Below, piece by piece: positions 57,454 through 64,000 of a stretch of DNA of 64,000 nt (the stretch's first letter is position 1; the number at the start of each line of letters is the position of its first letter). Both the position numbers and the translations under genes were made by a program. The notes below the pieces were generated by a model. That model worked only from the letters and a program-made list of their open reading frames with translations. It had not been told where the DNA came from and did no database searches. The DNA is from a bacterium (GTDB lineage: Bacteria; Actinomycetota; Acidimicrobiia; Spongiisociales; JAHEDJ01): positions 23,594-87,593 of the forward strand of contig JAHEDJ010000001.1 of assembly GCA_024641325.1 (NCBI GenBank). The letters are read 5' to 3'.

Positions 57454-58281
57454 TCAATATTCGAAGCGGCCGGCGATTCTGCCCTCCGGGTCGAGGAGAT
57501 AACCCACATCGCCGGAGTTGTTCCAAACGGGCCCCGATGCGCACCAGTAGAGGTGGTCCCTCTCGTTCGCTCCGCAGCCCGTTGAGATCCGGATGGTGGT
57601 TGAGCCGTCGAGAATGAAGCCGGACGGAAATGAGTACCGGTGCACAGACTCCGCGTCGCGTAGCGACCAACCGGTCAGCGAGACAGATCGGGTTCCTGTA
57701 TTCGCAATCTCAATCCACTCGTCGTTGAGGTTCTCGTCATCGCGTCCTTCTGCATCTGCTCGGATCGAATCGATGCTGAGTTGGCCGGTCACCGTGCACG
57801 CCTCTGCTGCCCACATTCCCCTCCCGCCCGCAATGGCAAGATCCTGGGCTTCGTTGAGGTCGGACAGGAGTGACGTGTTCGGCTCATAGGAGCGGGACAT
57901 TGCGAATCCGTCTGCGACGAGTTCCAGGTTGATCAGGCTGTCTCCCCGGTAGATGTACCGCAGCAACCTCCCGTACTGATCCAGCGGCGCGACGTCCTCG
58001 ACGAGCGTTACCGTCTGATTCAGGGTCAGCAACTCGAGTTGCTCCCGGGCCTCCGGCCCGAAGCATTCATCGGTTTCCGGTGCGTTGATACCGATCAAGC
58101 GGACTCTTTGCCGGATACCATCGATTTCCGCGACCAGGCTGTCCCCGTCGGCGACTCGTACCACCAGCGCCGATATGCCGTCCGGAGAGTGAGGAACCGC
58201 TGCTGTGCCTGATTCGGTGTCGACGGATTCTGTGCACGCGGTAACGAGGAGCACCAGGGCCACGAAGAGAGTGCGGAACAC
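57454..58281 (-). CDS. Thermonuclease (SNase) plus lamin-tail-domain lipoprotein
   Basis: Lipobox VTAC; V.DGD, VRLIGINAPE, DQYGRLLRY, N.ELV..G.A; LTD motifs NDEWIEI.N, L.GW.L.D, VWNNSGD; TACAAT 6 nt before GTG. Confidence 0.88.
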   Translation of the reverse strand: MFRTLFVALVLLVTACTESVDTESGTAAVPHSPDGISALVVRVADGDSLVAEIDGIRQRVRLIGINAPETDECFGPEAREQLELLTLNQTVTLVEDVAPLDQYGRLLRYIYRGDSLINLELVADGFAMSRSYEPNTSLLSDLNEAQDLAIAGGRGMWAAEACTVTGQLSIDSIRADAEGRDDENLNDEWIEIANTGTRSVSLTGWSLRDAESVHRYSFPSGFILDGSTTIRISTGCGANERDHLYWCASGPVWNNSGDVGYLLDPEGRIAGRFEY

Positions 58282-58349
58282 CGGGGCATTGTAGAAGTGG
58301 CCATCACTCGCGTCGCCCCTGTCCGGTTCCTCGAGGCTACGCTCGACCC

Positions 58350-59105
58350 ATGACAACAGATTCACTTGCGTATCGCTCGACTGGTAATGGGCCTCTCGCC
58401 GTATTCCTGCACGGCTTCCCGATGGACCATCGGCTGTGGGATCAGGTAGTTGCCCATCTGGGCGGCCTGAGACGGTGTGTCGCGGTCGACCTACCCGGTT
58501 GTGGAGCCTCATCGATCGACGGTGCCGCTTCCATAGACGAGACGGCAGATCGGGTGGCTTCGCTCATTTCGGAACTTGGGGATGGAGCAGATGTAATTGG
58601 TTTGTCGATGGGCGGCTACGTGCAGCTGTCTCTCTACGAGCGCTACCCGCAGACGGTTCGATCACTTGCTCTGATGGACACGCGGTCTGAGGCCGACACA
58701 GAGGAGGGCCGTGCCGGGAGGATGGCGCTCATCCAGAAGGTTGAAGCCTCCGGGGTCGGTGAGCTGGCGGACACGATGGCCGAAGCACTGCCTTCTGCCG
58801 GTGCGGCCCCCTGGGTTAGGAGACGCATTCGCGCCATGGCATTGGACTCTTCACGCTCCGGTGTGGCGGCTGCCCTGCAAGCTATGGCATCCCGGCCCGA
58901 CCGAACGGCTCTTCTCGGCTCGATCGCCGTGCCGACACTCGTACTGGTGGGGAGCGACGACAAGCTGACCCCGCCCGAAGGGGCACGGGGGATGGCCGAG
59001 GCGATTCCTGAGGCGAGCTTCGTTGAGGTTCCCGGCGCCGGACACGTGCCGCCCCTGGAGCGTCCATCTGCAGTGGTAGACGCACTGCGAGAGTTCTGGA
59101 AGTAG
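58350..59105 (+). CDS. Alpha/beta hydrolase
   Basis: LHGFP, DLPG.G.S, GLSMGG, G..D..TP, GAGH..P.E.P. Confidence 0.9.
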   Translation: MTTDSLAYRSTGNGPLAVFLHGFPMDHRLWDQVVAHLGGLRRCVAVDLPGCGASSIDGAASIDETADRVASLISELGDGADVIGLSMGGYVQLSLYERYPQTVRSLALMDTRSEADTEEGRAGRMALIQKVEASGVGELADTMAEALPSAGAAPWVRRRIRAMALDSSRSGVAAALQAMASRPDRTALLGSIAVPTLVLVGSDDKLTPPEGARGMAEAIPEASFVEVPGAGHVPPLERPSAVVDALREFWK

Positions 59106-59189
59106 GTAGCAGGTTCGAGATTTTGGGTTTTGGGTTCCTGCAACGGGAGCTCGGCGGCCACTTGCCAATTGCCAATCGCCTGAAATCGG

Positions 59190-60554
59190 CTAACCCGACA
59201 CGGCTGTAGCCGCCGCGGCCACCTTCCGCGCTGCGATGTTCACCGGATCCCATACGCCTGAGAACGGTGGCGAGTAGGCCAGGTCGACCATTGCCAAATC
59301 CGACGCCGTCATGCCGCTCCACAAGGCGCTCGCGACCGTATCGATGCGTTTTCCTGCACCCGGCCCACCGATGATCTGGGCTCCCAGGAGCTTCGTCGTC
59401 CCGCGCTCTGCAACCATCTTGACTCGCATCGGAGAAGAACCGGGCCAGTAGTGAGCGGCGGTGCTGCTTCCGACCTCGGCCGCCACGTATTCAAATCCTG
59501 CCGACTCGGCTTCGAACTCGGTCAGGCCGGTGCGGGCGATTTCGAAATCGTGCACTTTGGTTATCGCAGTTCCGAGAATGCCCGGGAAGGTGGCGTCGCC
59601 ACCACCGAGGTTGATCCCTGCCACCCGACCGGCCTTGTTGGCGACCGTACCGAGATGGACGTTGATCGGCAGTCCGCTTATCCGGTGCAAGGCGTCAGCA
59701 CAATCTCCCGCCGACCACACGCGGTCGATGGGCGTGCGCTGATGGTCGTCTACGGTGACACCGCCTGATGCTCCGAGCGGAATACCTGCGTCGGCGGCGA
59801 GCCGGGTGGCAGGTCGGCTGCCGAGTGCCAGAACGACGATGTCTGCCTGGATGCTCTGGTCGAAACAACCCGCCCCGACAACCTTGCCGTGGCGACCTTC
59901 GAGGCACTCGACCTTGTGCTCGGTGATCAGCTCGATGCCCATCTCTCGAAGGCGGTCGCCGACCCTTGCCCCCATATCCGGGTCGAAGGTTCGCTCCAAC
60001 ACGGTCGGCATCATCGTGACGATCGTGGTCTCGAGACCGAGAGTGTGAAAAGCTTCTGCCACCTCGAGTCCTATATATCCACCACCCACGACTACTGCCT
60101 TGCGAGCACCGCCCGTTGCCACCGTTCGAAGTGTCTTTGCGTCATCGAGGGTTCGCAACTCGTATACACCTTCGAGGCCGACTCCCTCGATCGGGGGGCG
60201 CAACGACTCGGAGCCCGTGGCGTATAGAAGGTGGTCGTATCCGATCGTCTCTTCACCAGCCGGGCTGCGGAACGTCACTTTTCCTTTGTCCGTGTCGATT
60301 CCGGTGGCTTCGTGATGAAGGCGAGCGTCGATCGAAACCTTCCAGAACTGTTCGGGCGTTCGGACCTTGAGGTCTTCGAAGTCCTCGACATCACCTGATA
60401 CGTAGTACGGCTCACCACAGGCTGAGTAGCTGACGTAGTTGCCTCTCTCCAGCACGATTATCTCGAGTTCATCGGGTTTGCGGCGACGTCGAGCCTGACT
60501 GGCTGCGGACATTCCGGCGGCGTCCCCCCCGACGACTACGAGGCGTTCAGGCAT
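59190..60554 (-). CDS. CoA-disulfide reductase/NADH oxidase family flavoprotein
   Basis: VGGDAAGMSAA, redox Cys in SYSACGEPY, GGGYIGLE, AGDC, DLAYSPPFS. Confidence 0.9.
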   Translation of the reverse strand: MPERLVVVGGDAAGMSAASQARRRRKPDELEIIVLERGNYVSYSACGEPYYVSGDVEDFEDLKVRTPEQFWKVSIDARLHHEATGIDTDKGKVTFRSPAGEETIGYDHLLYATGSESLRPPIEGVGLEGVYELRTLDDAKTLRTVATGGARKAVVVGGGYIGLEVAEAFHTLGLETTIVTMMPTVLERTFDPDMGARVGDRLREMGIELITEHKVECLEGRHGKVVGAGCFDQSIQADIVVLALGSRPATRLAADAGIPLGASGGVTVDDHQRTPIDRVWSAGDCADALHRISGLPINVHLGTVANKAGRVAGINLGGGDATFPGILGTAITKVHDFEIARTGLTEFEAESAGFEYVAAEVGSSTAAHYWPGSSPMRVKMVAERGTTKLLGAQIIGGPGAGKRIDTVASALWSGMTASDLAMVDLAYSPPFSGVWDPVNIAARKVAAAATAVSG

Positions 60555-60564
60555 GTTGTTCCCT

Positions 60565-60930
60565 TCAATCGGAAAGACGCTCAGCGCGGAGACGCTCGAG
60601 TTCCCTCCGCTCGGCCAGAGTCTTGCGGCGCCGGCGTCGCCAGATGTAACCGACTGCCTCATCGAAGAGTACTGCCACCACAGCAGTGCCGAGGATGATG
60701 GCGATCAGAGGCGCTCTGCCGTCCCAACCCAGGAAATTCAGGGTAACCCGCTGCGTGTTCTGCGCCGCCAGCACGGCGAGCGCGGCAACGAGTACAAGGC
60801 TCGCTACGAGGCTCCAACGGACTCCGGTTCCGTCTTCGCCAACCTTGCGAGGTTGCTCCAAAGGTGGTTCAGAGACCGGACCCACGTCGGCGACTGTGAA
60901 ATCGTCCCAATTCTCGGAGTTCTTGCTCAC
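60565..60930 (-). CDS. LapA (DUF1049) family membrane protein
   Basis: TM, QNTQ.V.LNFL.W....PL, TM, then basic coiled tail. Confidence 0.78.
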   Translation of the reverse strand: MSKNSENWDDFTVADVGPVSEPPLEQPRKVGEDGTGVRWSLVASLVLVAALAVLAAQNTQRVTLNFLGWDGRAPLIAIILGTAVVAVLFDEAVGYIWRRRRRKTLAERRELERLRAERLSD

Positions 60931-63104
60931 TGCCCGTCCTCCCGGTCTTCGCCCAAAAGGCGCCTATCAGCTTCGATTGCGACCCTGCGGCCCTCGTCGA
61001 CATCGACTCGCTGAAGAAGGGCGATACCCACGATGAAGAAAACAATGAGGCTGAGTACCGCCGGCCGACTGTTACCGAAGAGGGCGACCGCGCCGGCGAA
61101 GATCACCGGTCCGACGATCGACGAGAATTTCGACATCACCGAGAAGAATCCAAAGAACTCGCCGCTGATCGAGGTCGGGGACATCGATGAATAAAGGCTG
61201 CGGCTGAGCGCCTGACTTCCACCCTGTACCACTGCCACCATCCAGGCGAGATACCAGAACTCGATCACCGCATCGAGGAAGAATCCCCAGATAGCGATGA
61301 AAGCGTAGGCAATGAGCGCCAGGATGATCGCCCGCTTGGTGGTCATGGCGTCTGCCGCGCCGCCGAATAGTTGCTTGCCGAAGAGGCTGGCAAGCGCCAG
61401 CCCCACGATTTCCACGACCAGCAGGCTGCCGAGAATGAAGCCGAGATTGCTGGATCGAACGGGCGGTAGGACCTCGAACTCCCCGATGGTGACCATACCG
61501 TCGGTCGACCGGATAGTCAGGGTATGGAGGCCGGGGGAGCCGGCATCGATGGTGGTTCGAACACCGTATCGGATGGTCTCGTTGACGGCATCGATTTTGA
61601 CCAACTCGTCGTCTTCGAAGAGCGGCTGCCCGTCGATCTCGACAGACCAGATGCCGTGGTCGGGTCCGGTGCGATGCGTGAGTTTGACCTGCTGGCCGTT
61701 GAAACCGAATTCGGCTACGGCCGAGTTATCGGCTGTAGTGACATACGGAACAGGGTCCGCGGCGGTGAGCACGATCAACTGTCCGAGCGCGGCTATGAGC
61801 AATGCCACGAGACCAACGGTGGCGACGCCGATCACCGACCAGGGCGGTGTCGTCGCTCCGGTAGCCCGCCGGCGCCGCGCGACCTCCCAAGCCAGGGCCA
61901 GTCCTACCACGGCTATCACCAGGAAGTACGGAGTAACAGTGCCTGCGGTATCGCTGAGCCCGGTTGTTTGCTCGGCGACCGCTTCTCTGCTGATCACGTC
62001 CCAACTGCCGGACAACTCGACTGCCTCGTCGGTGATGCCGTACGTGCCTTCACCGACCGACGAGCCGGAGGCAAAGAAAGCGTCGGGTGCTGCTCCGACC
62101 GAGTCGGAGGGCAAGACTCGTGCGCCGACGATCCCCACCAGCGGTAAAGCAATGATGTTGAAGACGATGAAGGCGAGATAGGTGGCGCGATTGGCATCGT
62201 CGGCTTTCGGTATCCGACCGAAGATGAGACTGAACGGGATCCCAACGAACTGGACGAGGAGAATGGCGAGGATCAACTCGGTAGTGCCGAAACCGAGCTC
62301 GGCGCCGTAGATGACCGCCACTCCAATGATCGTTCCGATGCCGTCGTTGTAGATGAGGAAGGCGATCAGATATTTGAAGAGTTCCTTGTATTGCCTGAGG
62401 TTCTGGAGGGTCTCGCCCAGTCTCGAGAAGCTGACACGAACGATTGTCTCGCCCGGACGCAGGTCGCCGCCGGCCGCGGGCGGTTCCGGGACGCGGCGAA
62501 GGATCGGAATGGAGAAAACCGCCCACCAGATCGCCACCGACAGGAACGAGAGGCGAGCACCGGTCTCGGATCCGATGACGAAGATCATCACCACATTGGC
62601 TGCGAGCAAGAGGCCGCCACCGAGATACCCGACGGCATAGCCGCGCGCCGAAACCGCATCCTGATCCTCATCGCGAGCAACGTGTGGCAGCAGCGAGTCG
62701 TAGAAGACGTTGCCTGCCGCGAATCCGACCCGGCCGACGATGAAGAACGCGGAGGCGAGGAGCCAGTCACCTGTTCCGACCAGCACGAGCAATCCCGTAC
62801 CAACAACACCGACTCCCACGAAGATCGATAGGAGTTTCTTCTTCCCGCGCATCACATCTGCGATCGTGCCGAGTATCGGGGAGATGAGGGCGACAATGAT
62901 CAGTGAGACGCTGAGAGTGGTGGTCCAGTAGGCGGTGGCGACGGCCGCGCTCGGGAGACTGGCTCCCGCAACCTCGCTGTAGTAGGCAGGAAGCACGGCT
63001 GCGAGGATCGTCGTAGCGAACGCGGAGTTCGCCCAGTCGTACATCGTCCATGCACGGATGCGCTTCTTGTAGGTGGTCTCATCGATCGGTTGTGCGCTCA
63101 TCAT
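60927..63104 (-). CDS. MFS transporter, UMF1/Atg22-like family, with a large internal insertion
   Basis: AWTMYDWANSAF, FYDSLLP, VSARGYAVGYLGG, YNDGIGT, GGSQALSRSLY, EFFGF; 725 aa against about 415 aa for the paralog at 49443. Confidence 0.9.
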   Translation of the reverse strand: MMSAQPIDETTYKKRIRAWTMYDWANSAFATTILAAVLPAYYSEVAGASLPSAAVATAYWTTTLSVSLIIVALISPILGTIADVMRGKKKLLSIFVGVGVVGTGLLVLVGTGDWLLASAFFIVGRVGFAAGNVFYDSLLPHVARDEDQDAVSARGYAVGYLGGGLLLAANVVMIFVIGSETGARLSFLSVAIWWAVFSIPILRRVPEPPAAGGDLRPGETIVRVSFSRLGETLQNLRQYKELFKYLIAFLIYNDGIGTIIGVAVIYGAELGFGTTELILAILLVQFVGIPFSLIFGRIPKADDANRATYLAFIVFNIIALPLVGIVGARVLPSDSVGAAPDAFFASGSSVGEGTYGITDEAVELSGSWDVISREAVAEQTTGLSDTAGTVTPYFLVIAVVGLALAWEVARRRRATGATTPPWSVIGVATVGLVALLIAALGQLIVLTAADPVPYVTTADNSAVAEFGFNGQQVKLTHRTGPDHGIWSVEIDGQPLFEDDELVKIDAVNETIRYGVRTTIDAGSPGLHTLTIRSTDGMVTIGEFEVLPPVRSSNLGFILGSLLVVEIVGLALASLFGKQLFGGAADAMTTKRAIILALIAYAFIAIWGFFLDAVIEFWYLAWMVAVVQGGSQALSRSLYSSMSPTSISGEFFGFFSVMSKFSSIVGPVIFAGAVALFGNSRPAVLSLIVFFIVGIALLQRVDVDEGRRVAIEADRRLLGEDREDGQ

Positions 63105-63188
63105 TCCTCAGCGTTCCGGGTCTTTGGTTCTGGGTGTCTACAGGCGTCGGTCCTCCTAGAACCTAGAACGTAGAACCAGTGACTTGCT

Positions 63189-64000
63189 TCATACGGCATT
63201 AAGCGCCTGACCGAGATCCAGGATCAGATCATCTGGGTGTTCGACCCCGATCGAGACCCGCACCAGGCCTTCGGTGACGCCCAAGCGGTCCTTCTCCTCG
63301 CGCCCGACGTCTGCATGGGTCATACTGGCCGGGTGCTCCGCCAGCGACTCTGTGCCGCCGAGCGACACGGCCAGATGGACCATCTTCAGAGCATTGAGAA
63401 AACGGAACGCCCCGGCTTCGCCGCCGGGGACCTCGAAGGAGATCATCGAGCCGGATCCGAGGCACTGGCGCTTGTAGAGGTCGAACTGTGGGTGATCTGC
63501 GTCGAGATGACCGAGGTAGCGGAGATTGATCACTTTCGGGTGCTCTCGGAGGAACGCAGCTATCCGTGTCGCGTTTTCAGCCTGGCGGTTCATGCGCAGA
63601 TGGAGGGTCTCGAGACTGCGGAGCAAGAGCCACCCTGTCCAGGGGCCGACCATGGTTCCGAGGAAAGTGCGCATTGCTCTGACCGGGGCCATCATCTTCT
63701 CCGACCCGAGGGCAGCGCCGGCGATCAGATCCGAGTGCCCACCGATGAACTTGGTCGCCGAGTAGAGGACGATATCGGCTCCGTGATCGAGTGGCCGCTG
63801 AAACACGGGTCCGAGGAAGGTGTTATCAACGGCAACGGGCACACGGTGATCATCCGACGAATGCCGGGAGGCGATTTCAGCCCCCATTGCTATGTCGATC
63901 AGATCGTTGGTCGGGTTGGCGGGGGTTTCGATGAGGATCAGGCCGAGGCGCTTTCCCGGGGCTTCGCTCGATAGCCGCGCCTCGATCGACTCAACAGTGT
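63189..64000 (-). CDS. Cys/Met metabolism PLP enzyme (methionine gamma-lyase/cystathionine gamma-synthase-like); partial, N-terminus off the right edge
   Basis: Frame open to the edge: ETPANPTN, VDNTF, YSATKFIGGHSDLIAG, AVSLGGTESLAEHPASMTH, RVSIGVE. Confidence 0.92.
   Translation of the reverse strand, partial: TVESIEARLSSEAPGKRLGLILIETPANPTNDLIDIAMGAEIASRHSSDDHRVPVAVDNTFLGPVFQRPLDHGADIVLYSATKFIGGHSDLIAGAALGSEKMMAPVRAMRTFLGTMVGPWTGWLLLRSLETLHLRMNRQAENATRIAAFLREHPKVINLRYLGHLDADHPQFDLYKRQCLGSGSMISFEVPGGEAGAFRFLNALKMVHLAVSLGGTESLAEHPASMTHADVGREEKDRLGVTEGLVRVSIGVEHPDDLILDLGQALNAV

Overview
High-GC bacterial chromosome segment, most likely Actinomycetota and probably Acidimicrobiia-like. This is an inference from the actinobacterial-type SerC, CofC/FbiD, the FAH-hydrolase/gltX/tRNA-Gln-Glu synteny and many leaderless TANNNT promoters. 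It is mostly housekeeping and metabolic: glgA with a GH57 enzyme, gatCAB, a Tup-like oxyanion ABC transporter, serA, serC, ilvE, gltX, maeB, tdh-kbl, pyk, P5C dehydrogenase, three tRNAs, a two-component system and a dynamin-like GTPase pair. I found no IS, prophage, CRISPR array or rRNA. The main finding is two divergently transcribed, membrane-anchored thioredoxin-fold genes (29052-29720 minus, 29777-30397 plus) that the ORF track splits. Each has an in-frame TGA at the first Cys of the active site (W-U-P-H-C and W-U-P-V-C), followed by the same 26-nt block containing a SECIS-like hairpin. They lie next to dsbB, which suggests a selenocysteine-based extracytoplasmic disulfide system. Other oddities are a heptamer tandem array abutting the leaderless promoter of an unannotated 45-aa membrane protein plus the tup operon, dispersed 7-bp intergenic repeats, a probable CTG-initiated MFS gene, an MFS with a nested beta-sandwich insertion, and several enzymes with altered catalytic motifs.
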